Source: Podarcis erhardii
Taxonomy: Eukaryota
DNA length: 64,000 bases
Reading direction: 5' to 3' (one strand)
NCBI GenBank assembly: GCA_964252035.1
Contig: OZ176200.1
In this document: piece after piece, positions 35,901-48,054 of the stretch
How positions within the stretch are numbered: position 1 is the stretch's first letter
Layout: every line of letters begins with the position of its first letter
The notes under the pieces: model-generated
Database searches by the model: none
What the model was told of the DNA's origin: nothing
The model's input: the letters and a program-made list of their open reading frames with translations, nothing else
Made by a program: the position numbers and the translations under genes

Positions 35901-38900
35901 TTTTAGACCAAAGGGCTGCATTTTCTCAGTCTCCAAGCTCCTGTGTGGTTTTTAATGTTTGAATACCCCTTTTATTGACTTTTGCTGCTCTGATGGGTTT
36001 CACCAGGCTGTATATTATGTATTTTCTGTTGAGTTTATAGTTTTCTTGTTCTCATTCTTGTTTGTTACTTTAATTTTCAAATTCTGTATTGCCTCATGTT
36101 TGCACATCGATAAACCAGATTTTCTGGTTTATTGTGAACTGCTTCTTTCCCCTCCTAGCACCAGAAAGATAAACTAGGAAGCCTTGGCTTCCTAGTATAC
36201 CTGAATCAGGGTTCATGGTTTGTGGCTTCCTAGTATACCTGAATCAGGGTTCATGGTTTGTGGCTTCCTAGTATACCTGAATCAGGGTTCATGGTTTGTG
36301 GCTTCCTAGTATACCTGAATCAGGGTTCATGGTTTGTTGATCCGTAACAAACAAACAAACAAACAAACCATGATTACAAGCAAACTTTAAGCCATTTAAG
36401 CCATAGTTGTTGGCCTATGACATGTGGACTTGTTAGGGAGCAACAAGTCATGATTCCTAGCTTAGATGTAATGGGAAGCCAAGACTTCCTGGTTTGTTCA
36501 TCCTGCCTGGGGGGAATGAGGTGGGAGTGATTGAGCATGTTGCTCATTTACAATAAACCACAATCTGCCAGAAAATCTGACTTATCATGATATGTGAATG
36601 TAGATGTGATAGAGCAGAGCATAAATCTTTATATATAAACCAATAAGGGTTCCATTCAGTCACCCCGTATGACCCTAGAATAGTGAATCCTAAGCTTATG
36701 GTTCCAACAAGGGAATTCAGTCTCTGCCTTGAACTCATCATGGAAACTATCCCTCATAGGATTTATGTTGTAGGTTGCCCCAAATACACACTGCAGGAAA
36801 TCTACCAATATATTAGGTCTCCATAACCATTGATAGCTTAGAAAAGGCAGCATTTTTTGAATTATTTGCCCAAGTCACCTGAAAGTCAGTTTTCAAGTGG
36901 TCACAGACTTTAATATTATGTTTTGTGTCACCTCCATTCACATGATTGACATTTCCTCCAACCTTCTGCCCAGAGTCAATAATTAACCCTCCCTGTGAAG
37001 ATCTAGATGTGTGTCAATGAACAAGGAGGACCAGTCATTTCAGTGCCTCAAGGAACAGAGCAAACACCCCCCACGGGGCAGAGGGAGCCCCCACCTCTCC
37101 ACAATCCCCAGACTACCCTTCTAGATTGTTAGGCAAACTCCTTCCTGACATCAGATATAGCAGTTAGTTAAAAACCCCAGCTTCATCAGTTCTCCCAAAG
37201 TGGCATATGGGAAAATGTCTGCACAAATTAACACAGCCCCAACACTGTCTCTTTCCCTACAGCTGCCTGATACCTCAAAGAAAGGAACTCCCCACAGGTC
37301 AAAAGGGGAAAAGCTATTAATGGCGTAAGTGTCTGTGCAAATTATTACACCTCTGCAGCATACTGATTCAGCAAGGAAATTCTATAAATTACTTAATGCA
37401 GCTAAATTTGAAAGTGCATTTATAAGTACCCAAAAACTGAAATTGCTCTCAAGAACTCTAACAGAGTTGGTTACCTCTTCTTAATGAGGTCCAGTGCAGA
37501 GCCTATAAATTCATCCTTCATTTTCTGCAGTTTAGCTCCATAGCTGGATATATCTGTTGCTTCTAATAGCAATGGGCAGCAAGAAGACTGGTTTTCAGGC
37601 ACCACTGGCTGTCCAGCATGGTGGAGGACTTCGCTTAGTTGTCTTGCATTCAATCCCTGAGTCTCCCCTTCAGCAAAAGTTTTCCCTCCCTCCTCCCTAA
37701 GGGCTGCAGCAGACTGTAGAGGTGGTCTTGGAATTGGACTCGAACAAATGGGGACCGGGATTCTATCTGAAGTTGGCACTTCATAGTGCTTGTCCCTAGC
37801 CATAGGCATGTTCATCAGGCAGAAGCTCCTGTCCCATGTAGATGAATTATCTTGATAGCCAACAAGGCCAGAAGTGCTCTGGGTATTTTCATGAAACACA
37901 TCATCATAATAATCTATCGTTGCAACCGTTTCTTTGGCAAGAATTTGCTGGGCACCTGAACAAGGGTTCTGATTTCTTTTTTCTTCCAACTTTTGGGTTC
38001 CTTCCTTCACATCTTTTGTCACATCACCGCTGCCACCGAGAAAACATGTCTCCTTGATTCTCATCCGCTTGAACTCTTCAAAAGTTGGAATGTAGAGTCT
38101 CTCTTTGAAGTCCCCTTTTTTGCTCAGCTCCAAAATCCTTTTGGTGTCTCCTTCCCCCTCATATCCCTTTAAGGATCCAGTTGTTTGGGACTTGACCATG
38201 TCCTGGCCATCACTGGCACAATGGAGAGTCAAGTTGGGTGAGCTGTTCTGTCTCCTGATCTGCAACCTTCTCCGAGCTTCTTGCTTGATGTCTTCTGGGT
38301 TTGTTAGTCGGCGAGAAAAGCAAGGCCGATGACTCCCCAGAGCTGTCCATGGCCCGTGAGTGAGGGTGGCATGCTGCACAAATATGGTGCAACAGTTCAC
38401 CGAACAACCGTTCTTATATTGCTGGCACGCCCGGCATTCAGAGCATTCCCTTGGAACCAGGTCATTCAAGGAAACCTGAGGTCTGAGAGGCTTGCAGATC
38501 TCTGCAGCTTTACTACTGTGAATTCGAAGTTTTTCCTTTAGGGTTTTTTTGGCATCCCCGTCGACGGAGGAGAAGAGCCACGGAGGCACTTTGGCACAAG
38601 GAGGAAGGGTGACGTCTCGCGCTGCAGGTGGAATTCTGTCCAACGTGAGAGGGAAGTGTCGGCAGCATTCAGGTGAGCTGGGGGATGAAGTACCTTCCGC
38701 AGAACACTTTGACCAATGAGCTGTGCCTTTGTAACGGACAACAAATTCTTTGTCTACATTTCCGTAGCGGGGATGGCAATGCGGCTCAGCCCCCGTGGCC
38801 CAGTGTAGATTCTCCACACTTCGATACAGATGTGCCCCTGCAGTGCTGTCTGCTTTGCTCACAGGATTAAAGTCCCCAGTAAAAATGCGAGCGTCCAAGT

Positions 38901-39027
38901 TCTTCAGTGGATGCATGCTGCTAACTGAGAAATCCTTTAAGCCATGTTGTGCATACAGCTGATTATTCTGGCAGCTCAAAATTACCCGACAGTGTTCCTG
39001 CCTCTCATCAACGCTGATGTATGTCAT
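23141..39027 (-). CDS. Uncharacterised Dbl-family Rho guanine nucleotide exchange factor (DH-PH), about 1141 aa; complement(join(23141..23936,25195..25340,28687..29315,30515..30719,31674..31770,37475..39027))
   Basis: Six exons (1553/97/205/629/146/796 nt = 3426 nt) join in frame with GT-AG introns, phases 2,0,1,0,2; DH motifs ERKESVLEFVNTETSYGEDLRII, VFGNIQELIDLN, FQTYC, LRSFLMAPLQRVTKYPLLLSRI, HPDHSSLREA; PH-like tail ending in HHWFRQIRRY; start codon position is the least certain part. Confidence 0.9.
25195..25340 (-). CDS. RhoGEF exon, mid DH domain
   Basis: GTGTCCGCAG|GGCGAT...CTCAG|GTGAG; GDDDLMTVCIGEIFLEFVNMLPAFQTYCLQQSSSVNMLNALEKEKELL. Confidence 0.93.
25905..26000 (+). mobile_element. 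CR1 3'-tail fragment
   Basis: tcccataggcatctcattggccactgtgag...gatgggcctttggcctgatctag...cttcttatg. Confidence 0.55.
27958..28085. mobile_element. Palindromic MITE with long inverted arms
   Basis: ccccagcctggtgcc..ccagatgttttggactacaactccc / gggagctgtagtctaacaacacctagagggcaccaggctggg. Confidence 0.75.
28335..28490 (-). mobile_element. Squam2-like SINE (tRNA-derived head plus CR1-like tail)
   Basis: Reverse strand reads gggccattgctgagtgtaagagcacctgcattgcgtgtaggaggtcccaggttc...atctccaggtagggctgggagag...cagtattgagctag...gtataaggcagcttcc. Confidence 0.65.
28687..29315 (-). CDS. RhoGEF exon: Ser-rich linker, Cys4 motif and start of DH domain
   Basis: TTTTCCTCCCCGCTCAG|GCCCAG...GAGCAG|GTAGTG; PCTDCGG...LCEKCLKCRTERKESVLEFVNTETSYGEDLRII. 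Confidence 0.95.
30515..30719 (-). CDS. RhoGEF exon (basic, helical segment)
   Basis: CTTTCCTTCCAG|AGCTCC...TCCA|GTAGG; SSSPNCRRSSSDISYETS...DAVKRKQLELKIAAAARQHAQKRRQERDS. Confidence 0.85.
30788..31142 (-). mobile_element. Full-length Sauria SINE with 13-bp target-site duplication
   Basis: tRNA-like head, internal AATAAA, (ACCTTT)n tail; TSD AGATACTTAAATA at 30775-30787 and 31147-31159. Confidence 0.92.
31674..31770 (-). CDS. RhoGEF 97-nt exon
   Basis: CCCTTTTTTCACAG|CTGCAG...CCCACC|GTGAGT; (S)CSGEATPEPPSKGFCELKKDDLTFVEDSQQPT; phases 2 to 0 bridge the flanking exons. Confidence 0.8.
35010..35115 (+). mobile_element. CR1 3'-tail fragment
   Basis: ggccactgtggtaacaggatgctggaccaaatggacctttggtctgatccagcagtgctcttcttatg. 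Confidence 0.65.
35293..35498 (-). CDS. Candidate alternative RhoGEF exon with its own ATG (35483), in frame with the 31770 exon
   Basis: Acceptor TGTCATTTTCTTCCAG|AGC, donor GGCCAG|GTATTC; open frame across all 206 nt; ends in phase 2 like the large exon. Confidence 0.35.
36186..36337. repeat. Perfect minisatellite, 4 x 38 bp
   Basis: ggcttcctagtatacctgaatcagggttcatggtttgt repeated exactly four times. Confidence 0.98.
37475..39027 (-). CDS. RhoGEF large first coding exon (517 codons); exon probably begins at an acceptor at 39219
   Basis: 1.66-kb stop-free frame; GCTATGA start (purine at -3); donor AAGAAGAG|GTAACC in phase 2; upstream acceptor CTTTCCTTCTTTGCATCATCAG|GTGTT with an in-frame TGA before the ATG. 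Confidence 0.8.
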
Positions 39028-39362
39028 AGCAAATCGACGCGGACAATCTAACAGGCTGATGCTTTTTGAAGGAAGAGGGCAAGAGGAGGAAGGAGTTGTC
39101 GGACTGCTCAGATGCTGTTCAGGAGTCCTAGCCACAGACAGCAGGGCTGTGCTATCTGGGTGCTCACATCAACGAGCAGGCACATCTCCACTGTGAGAGC
39201 ACGTGTGGATGGAGAACACCTGATGATGCAAAGAAGAAAAGGGAGCTTACAGAAGAGACACAGCATCCAAAGAGAAGACGGGCAGCCAACGATCACAGAA
39301 GTAACCCAAAGTGAAGCTCACCCGCTACCTCTGACTTTACAGCTGTTCAGCATGCTCTGTGT

Positions 39363-39520
39363 GGTGTGGTGTAGTGGTTAGAGTGTTGGACTACGACCTT
39401 GGAGACCACGGTTCAAATCCCCACTTGGTCATAAAGCTCACTGGGTGACCTGAGGCCAATCACTGTCTCTCAGCCTAGCCTACCTCACATGGTTAGTGAA
39501 AAGGTAGATTGAGGAGTGGG
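39363..39520 (+). mobile_element. Squam3-like tRNA-derived SINE
   Basis: gtggtgtagtggttagagtgttggactacgaccttggagaccacggttcaaatcccc...ctgggtgacct...ctctcagcctagcctacctcaca. Confidence 0.75.
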
Positions 39521-41072
39521 GAAATTATTCTCTCAGCATCACCCCAGGAACCTCATGGAAGCATGCAGTGTATTATTTCATTTTCTACCTTAAAACTTCT
39601 CTCTGTGGCTAAACGTGTGAATGTGCATTTCTTACAACAAGCCCACTACATGAACTACTACCCCACACGGGCTCTTTCTGATGTATATGGATTTTGTACT
39701 AGAGTACTTACACCTGCATATGATTCCCCCCCCCCTAAAAAATAATAATATAATAATGTAAAGCCTTGCAGAGCATCCCCAGTTTGCATGAATAAGATGC
39801 CCATGTTTTCCCCAAGGTTATTTTCTCTTATCCGCTCACCACCTCACCTGGTCGTCTCCGAGCCTAGGAGGGCTTGTTTTGAGATGCCTGATTTTCTTCA
39901 TGCTTTAATTATTTCTCCTCTGCTGTTCTCTCTGGGGAAGGCTGCAGGTAACGGCAAAGAAGCATTTCTTGTGTGATCAAAGGGTACAACTTGATCTGCC
40001 AGGAAAGACAGAATAAAGACAGCACGAGAGGTGAACGTTTAGCAGAGAACAAAGATGGCTCACCACAGAGCAGCACTGGCATAGAGGGAGGTGGGAATCT
40101 GCCAGTGAAGAAGTTTCATAGTACGATTCTATAGATTCAATGGAAATTACTCCCAGCAAATTGCAGCTACTGAAGCAGTCGTTGTGAGTTCTTCTCCCAC
40201 AGTGTGAACCTGCTGCTGTGCAAACTATAGACACACCAGCAAGCCAAGTGCTAGATATGTCAGTGAGTCAGTACGTATGGTCTCTCTGACTTAAATTTAT
40301 TTTTAAAAATAATAATAGATACACACTTGCACTTATGCATATGTGTGCTCATTTTTCCCACTACGTTAAAATAATGCTCCTCGGACTATGTGAATTGGCA
40401 TGTTGGTGTTGTCACAGTGATTTGCTAATAGATGCTTAACACAGCTGCAACACTATCAGCATTCAGTCTGAAACCAAACAGAAAATCTACACTCCCCACC
40501 CCCCACCCCAGAGCTTATACCAGGTCTGAAAAACTTTATAAATGTCCAATTTATCCTGCTGTTCTTTGTCTTCAAATAATTTGGCATATCACTTTGTGTA
40601 AATATAAAAGTAATTTTTAATAAGAAGTCATGCTGATGGCATTTGACTCTGCACCACCTCACAAAAATCTATCCAAATGTCAGCAAGACATTCTGAAAAC
40701 ATAAAGCAGGCTATATGTGTGTACCTAGGTGGAAAGAAAACCAGAAGTTTATGAGGGGAAATTGTTAATATTATGCAAAATATGATTTTTTATATTATAT
40801 AGCAGTGAGTCTGTTGCAAATTCTTCTAGGATATCTTAAAAATGTTATACACCCAGAACATTGTAATTGGAAAAGAAATCTGCTAAGTACAGCAAAAAAG
40901 GAAGAAGCTAACAACAACTCAGTGTACTGTGAGCGTACTCAGATAATGCCAACTGAACAAGAGTGGTTTAATAAACATGGCACATTACCTCACTGAGCTT
41001 ACTGCGATGTTATGATTAAAAGAAGGAAGACATCAGAAAATAACACTTTGAGAAAACTTGGTTGTTCTTTAT

Positions 41073-41197
41073 CAGTGCTATTTTTCTAGAAAAAGAGGTA
41101 CAGCAACTCACCATGAATGCCTCCCTCCTTCTCTTATAATGGCACTGGCACCCACCTGAAAGGTGCTGGAACTCAGTTCCGTTGAAAAAAAGCCCTG
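41073..41197. mobile_element. hAT-type MITE
   Basis: TIRs CAGTGCTATTTTT / CAGGGCTTTTTTT; 8-bp flanks TTCTTTAT and CTCTTTAC (6/8). Confidence 0.65.
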
Positions 41198-42632
41198 CTC
41201 TTTACCAATCAAATGGAACAGAAATATAGTTTGGAACTATTTTAAGCCTTTTAGTTGCTGATATAAATTTGAGATTCTTGGCTACTCCAGATGTCATGTT
41301 GATGGTGCATTCATGATTATTTGTGTGCTCGTTGTGATATCAAGCCATTATACACGATCCCACTTTTAACATTGTTTGCACCTGAAAAAGATTTGGGGCG
41401 GAAATACTGCTTTGTTCCCAGTCACAGCATGTCCCATAACTTTCCTGCTGAAATCCTACAACTTTTCATACCAAAAAATGTCCTGGTTTATTTTATTTTA
41501 TCTTTGTCCTGCTTTTATTTATTTCCGCTATTTTTACACCACTTAATCACCAAGCTTTCGAAGCCGTATACATACACGTTCCAAAAAGCATACAGTAGGT
41601 AAAATCAATCAAAATTAATCATGAAACCAGACTGTTGTGCTACAGTGCCCCTCCAGGCAGCAATAATGCAATAACATTGGGGAAGCATATAGAGCTGGAC
41701 AGGGGATTGATGTGTGGAAGGTTCAATATAAATCCACTACTAATGCACTATTGCTGTGTCAGTGACATGTTGCAGAATACACCTGACAAAAAACCGCATC
41801 AGTCTGTCAGATGAATTGCATTTGGAGAGTTTATAATATAATGAGCTTGCAAGGGAAAGGCCTTTTTTCTCATCATTGTTGCATTTAGTTGTAAATGTGT
41901 AAGTTTTATGTTTGTGTGCGTATAAAATGAAAAACGAAGAAAAAAAGGACTTCATCCTAAACCAAGCAATAGACAATAGAATTCAGAAGGGGGCTGAGAG
42001 CTTAGACACCAGCTAGGAACCCCCATCTAACCAGAAGGTCCAGAAAAGAACCACCTGTATGAGGGCTTCTTCACTTCCTAAGAGGTTGCCTGGATATGTT
42101 TAGATGTGGCAAGGCTTGCTGTGTGATTTGTGCTTTGAATATCAAGGACAGTTGACAATAAATTTATAAAAGCTGCTGAATACCTGCTGTTGCTGTGGTA
42201 GAGTTCCAAGGCTAATCACTAATAACTTACAGACTGTTGAGGAGCTTAAGAATACTACCTGGCTTCTTACAAACTGCCTTGCAGACGTCTCTTGCCCATG
42301 CACTTTGGAGCTCATGTTCCTCACTGGACCACATTTGGAGCCAATCTCCATGCCTGAATGAGTCATCACACAAGAGAACTTTCAGAACACTGAAGATGAA
42401 AGGTCACCTAAATTTTCTTTTTGGTTGAATCAGTTCGCACATTTAGCTGTGATCCATCAAATGAGGCTAATTCAAGTGGTGTAGATATGTGCATGCAGAC
42501 CTCTTATGTCACTTCATCTCCCAAGATTTCAGATTTTAAGAACCCTTTCACAGCAGATCATGTCCCAGCTTCTGTAAGCTTCTCACATGGGATGCAATTG
42601 TGCCTGGGCTAATTTGCAAGATGACTGTATCA

Positions 42633-42815
42633 AGGCCTGAGATAACTGAGGTTCAAATCCCTACCCAGCTCATTGGGTGACCTTGGACCAGACACAGCCT
42701 CTCAGCCTAACTTATCTCACAGGGTTGTTCTGAGAGTAAAATGGGGAAGATGAGAACCATGTATTTCACTCTGGGCTCCTTGGAACAAAGGTGGGGTATA
42801 AACGGAATAATAATA
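42633..42815 (+). mobile_element. Squam3-like SINE, 5'-eroded
   Basis: ggttcaaatccc...tgggtgaccttggacca...ctctcagcctaacttatctcacagggttgttctgagagtaaaatgggg...aataataat tail. Confidence 0.7.
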
Positions 42816-42983
42816 TTAAAAAACTGAAGGTTTGAATGAGTCCTATAGCTTAGCCGGAGCTGATAAGCCTCTGTGGACACTAGTCAGAGTTTTTTGCTAC
42901 ACCAATCCATGTGACTCCTGGGAGAAACAAATCTCATTGCTTACATAACATTTGCTAATTCGCCTGACTCAAAAATTGTTTAA

Positions 42984-43003
42984 ACACACACACACACACA
43001 CAC
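42984..43003. repeat. (CA)n microsatellite
   Basis: Direct read. Confidence 0.9.
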
Positions 43004-44415
43004 ACCACAAACGCACTGTTCTTTGACAAGCACTCGGCAAGCAACAGGACTCCTGCCCACAGACCATTATTTCTTCCCCATCTCCCCTTGAACCTAGTAC
43101 AGGACAGATTTGACACCACCAGCACCAAAATCACTGAAACAGGTTTAAATGACTTCCATTCCAGTGACACTGTACTGTACTTAGCTGGCTCATAAAGCTG
43201 CTGCCCATCTTCTATTCTATTCAAAATCCCTCCCCACCCGCACCACAGCAAAGAATCTGACATATTTAGAGGATTATGCCTCACTGGAATAAATTATTTC
43301 CTCCCAAGTCTGCCTCCTGCTTGCCTGCCTGGCCCAGCTTTATTAGAATTAGTGGGAACATCAGGAGGATGAAAACAGACAAACAAGACAGGAAGAGAGA
43401 GGTAGGAGGGGAGAGGGGGGAAAAAAGGAGAGAAATATTTCAGCACAAATTGGAAAGGACTTATAAAAGGAGCAAGGCAGCCTACAAAATCACCACAGAC
43501 CTGAGCTAAACTGGTATGTCAGGCGCCCAATGATAATAGGCACATCTCAAAGCAATGGCAAAAATTAAAAAACTGCAGCACAGGTTGTTCACTCTGCTCC
43601 TGTAGGGATTAGCTAACATAGCGTTTTGATTCTGGAGAGCAGGTTCCTTAGATTGTCAAAGAGGAGATGGTTGACTCCATGCCTGGGAGAAAACTGCTCT
43701 GCTTGCATTTTTCCACTTCAGTTGACACCTCTGCCTGCTCCCTTCTTGCATTCCACATAGTTAAATGTGGCACTGGCCCAAGGGACTGGGGGGGGGGGGA
43801 GCAGTTCCACGGCACATTACCCTGCACCTCCCTCTATCATCTACTTCCTGGAATAATAGCTCCCAATTAGTAGAGAACAAAGCACCTTGTGACATAATGC
43901 CAAACATGACTCTGGGGAGCAGAATGTAAGGAGCAGAGGCCAGAGCAGCTGGCTTTGCTGCAGCATTGGCTAGCAGCGGGCAGATAAAGTGTGCCTGGTA
44001 TCGTACCTCTCTAATTCCCACAATTGATGCTTCTCAAATCTCAGCAGTAAATTGGCAGTGGGACAGCATCACTTAAGAGCATCCAGCAGGGAGCCCTCAA
44101 TTTTATGGCCCTTCTCCTAGATATTTAACCTATATATCTAGCAGAGAGAGCACATATGTTTTAAAGGATCTGATATCAAGAAACAGAAGTTATACAGAGT
44201 GAAGCATATCTCCTAATGCATCTCCCCCTCCTAGGCAGACAACAGCCGCCACCCCAAACTAATTTTGGTCATGCCATCGTATGATACACATGGAACTGGT
44301 TGACATCAATGATCCAATGTGCATTTGCAAATGCATGCTGTTGAACCCATTGAATAACACAACTCCATGTGAATCACAGCAAAAGGTGAGTGAAAACATT
44401 GCTTCATGGTGGGTG

Positions 44416-44467
44416 GATTGATTGATTGATTGATTGATCGATCGATCAATCAATAGATAGACAGACA
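44416..44467. repeat. Compound tetranucleotide repeat (GATT/GATC/GATA/GACA)
   Basis: Direct read. Confidence 0.85.
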
Positions 44468-46204
44468 GGACCACCAGCAATGCAGGTAGGCAGAGGATTG
44501 TAAGGAGCCTTATGTAACCTTTAATGGGATTTTATAAGTAAAGAGCAAGTAGCAAGAAGCCAAAAGATGCTCAATGAAATTAAAAGGCATTTGGAGTCCA
44601 CTTAAGAACCACCTAAGAGGGGCTACAAAACATTTTTAAGAAAAGCAATTCCAGAGATGCAGGCGCATCACTAAAAAGGCCCTGTCCATGGTACCCAACA
44701 GCTTGATCTTCTTTAAGGGTGAACCAGAGCAATAGCACCTCTGAGGCAGATCCTATGGCATGAGCAGGTTCTATATGGGTGCAACCAGTCCTTAAAATAA
44801 CCTCCAAAGCATTCAGGCTCCAAACACCAGCCTGGCTCACAGCCCTCTTGTGGAGCAACATCGCAGAAGAGTGGTTTCAGGCAGCCTCCATATGGAGGCT
44901 GTAACCTTTGGATCAGCATCATGAGACTTTCATTTCTCAGACATCACTTTGGGGATACTGTTAGCTTTTTATTGCAGATAAAGCAGGCAAGATGACTGTG
45001 CCATTTGGATAGCAAGTTCTCCAGTAGTTCCAAGTCTTCACTTCTGGTAAACACTGCTTCTCGGTTGACATGCAAAGTCTCCAGCATGCTCAGCATCAGT
45101 AGGAGGGACATTGTCTCAGCTCCAAAGACATCCCTGGGTGGTTAGCAGGCAGCAGGGTTCTGGCATCGCCCATATCCAAGCACTGTAACGCCATCTGAAT
45201 TTTACTTGAGCAGCTTGTTTCTTTGCTGGGAATGAGGCACCATTTCGGACAGAGGTTTGGCCTGTGCTTTGGTTGTGCCTGACCCCATAGCTTCTCAGAA
45301 AGACTGAATGGGAAAACAAGTCTGCAAAACAGTTGCAATCTTGCACCAGGAGGGAGTATTTGGGAGTTTGCTGGGGTGAACCAGGGTAAGGTTTGGATCT
45401 GAAGGAACTAGCACCTTCACAGACCCCCAAATGCCCCCAAGCTGGCATGGTTAAATCCTCTCCACTTGTTTACAGTGGGAGAGAAATCAAGTTTTTTAAA
45501 TAAAAACAAAAACAGAAAACGGCTGATGAGTGCAAAACTGCTTACTGCCAGTCTGAGTGCCTAGCAGGGCACTGGATTAAGCAGTTCGATCACATTCAGC
45601 CCCTCACCCCATCCTGGACTTTAGTATTTCATTCTAAAGCTGAGACTTATCAGGATTCTGCTGATATACTATCAGTAAAATGGCAATCATGCAGATTTCT
45701 AAGTGAGCAAATATAAAATATTTTAAAATGTCATTTTATTTACCATCATGTATGGATTTTAGTTAACATCCACGGGTATAAGCAAACTGGATATTTATTA
45801 ATAACTTCTAATTCTACCATACCTGCTGATGCAATGCAATGTGTATGTATACTGTGCCATATACAACTGATTAGCTTCAGGAAAAGAAAAGAAATCTAGA
45901 TCCGAGTCCCTAAGATGAGTGGATGGTAGCTTGCACCCAACCTTCCGGTCAGCAACTGAACAGCAATCCACCCATCACCTATTATTCAGTATAGTTTCCA
46001 GTAATCAGATATTTGAGAACATAAAAGGAGTCTCAGGCCCTGCAGTTCTCACCCAGCCGATGGTACCATTCTGTTACAGATTTTTTTTAAAACCACTGAT
46101 AAGTGGCAGATATGTGGTGAAATATGAGGTAAAGTGGTACCCTACCATCCTTAGGGACAAACTAAATGTGACATTAAAAGCACAGCTTGGCATAGAACAT
46201 ATAA

Positions 46205-46340
46205 AGAGTAGCCAATGTGGTGTCCTCCTGATGCTGTTGGACTATAGCTTCCATAATTCCTAATCACTGCCCATGCTGTCTAAGGCTGATGACAGTTGTC
46301 ATCCAACAACATCTGGAGGGCATCAATTCAGCTACCTCTG
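46205..46340. mobile_element. Palindromic MITE, degraded
   Basis: ctcctgatgctgttggactatagcttcc...gacagttgtcatccaacaacatctggagggc. Confidence 0.55.
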
Positions 46341-48054
46341 GTGTATATCTTTTAACAACTGCAAATAGCAGCTTCAGGGGGTGATTTTTTTATTGGGACT
46401 ATGGTGTGGGGAAGAGGGTTCTGCAGTTGCGATTCTTATTCTGCCCTTTTTTGGTAGCTATGATTTACAGTTGTTGCTGTTGGGTTTTATTTTGTTTTTT
46501 TAAAATATACATACCACACCAAATTAAGTGCTTTACGTCACATATAATTTAGTCCTTCCGAGTATCCCCAAAACATCTCTCATGCAAGGGAGCTTGTTTG
46601 CACAAAAAGACCTTCTGACAAGTTGGGTAATGGATTTGTTTAAATTGCAATGGGCATATTGTAAAATAATCACAAAATTTGATTACCTCTATCAGCATGC
46701 TGCTGTTTAATTTAATGAAATGAAGAACTCATCAGCATTCTTGTATTTTTCTCTCTTAAGCAGTTTACCTGGGAGATGTGCCACAGATCAGTGCCCTTGG
46801 CAATAGCATCATTGATACAATCCGAATTGCCCTACAAATTAAGTCTGCTTAAGCTCTCTGCATCTGTGACTCAAGAAAAGGCATTTCAGGCATGGGTGCA
46901 GGAACAGAGTCAGTTAAGTTTACACTCCCCCCCCCCCACAACCTTGGCAGAAAATCTGACAACCTTAATGCTATGACTGACTCCAGAGCCAGATCCCAGG
47001 TCTTCCTCTCAATGCACAAATGGGTGCATCTTTCTCTATCCACCTAACCCTTTTCCTAAAAAAAATACCCAAAAGTAAGGCTGAACATTTTACTGGAAGA
47101 AACTTTTCTTGGATTTTCCCAGACTAACCCCATCCACCCAACTGCTTTTGGTGGGAATAGATTTTGCTATTACTTCAAAGCTGCAAGCTCTCCAAAGTCT
47201 TCAGAAGGAAGGTTAAGTATCTAGGGATTTGGTTAACATCAAGGAATATAAACTTATATAAAAACGAACTATGAAAAAATCTGGCTTGATGATGTATTTT
47301 TGTTAAAATTATTGTGTTGAAATATGTAATAATAATAATAAAAATTCTTCAGAAGGAGAAAAAAAATTAAAAATGGGAAAAGATCTGTTTTGGACATTAT
47401 CTGTGGGTAAAATTGACCATAACAAAAAATGACAGAAATGCAGCCAAGTGCCAGATTTTTGTAGAACTAAATTTGCTTTTATTGAATTGTTATTCTTTAT
47501 TTATAATATGTTACCGTATATGCTGATTTGATTATTGTGATCAAAATGCTGCTTTTTATTTGGTTAAGGATTGGTTACTGTTTCGAACTGCTTTGGGCTC
47601 AGCTTGGTTGTTAGAAAAAGCAGCACACAAATATCAAGGTAACACAAATCAAGAATTGTGCAAGCCCCTTCCCCTACTGATCTTCACTCCCAAAGTCTAT
47701 TAAACACTGGTATGACAGTGAAGATAAGCTTTTAAGGGTTTTGCTGATGCATGAAATTAAAAAGAGTAAATTAGATGCTACTTTAACGGTATTATTAGAA
47801 ACCATGTGTGGTTTAAAAAAAGAAAATGAATAGTAAAATTTTGTGTATGAGTGAGTGTGCAAGCACATTTTTATCAAGACTGCAGTGCTGGGAGGAGGTT
47901 TTGCTCTTCCCTTCTCAATAACTCTCCTTCCTCCACACACACCAGGCATGGGGAAAACGTCCACATGCATGCTACAGTCCTGATGAAAATCACACACACC
48001 CTTCAGTTTACTATTAAGATTCTTTTTTTGGGGGGGGGGAGAGAAGTGTGGTTG

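Noticed and set aside
36186-36337. CRISPR-like 38-bp direct repeats
   Set aside because: Units are contiguous with no spacers, there are no cas genes and the genome is vertebrate; it is a minisatellite
39363-39430. tRNA-like sequence with A and B boxes (also near 31050-31140, 48060 and 61100)
   Set aside because: These are SINE heads followed by SINE bodies; no complete cloverleaf or acceptor stem
44281-44391. 35-codon plus-strand ORF ending at a perfect AAG|GTGAGT donor
   Set aside because: A couple of such 9-mers are expected by chance in 64 kb on two strands; no promoter, homology or compatible downstream exon
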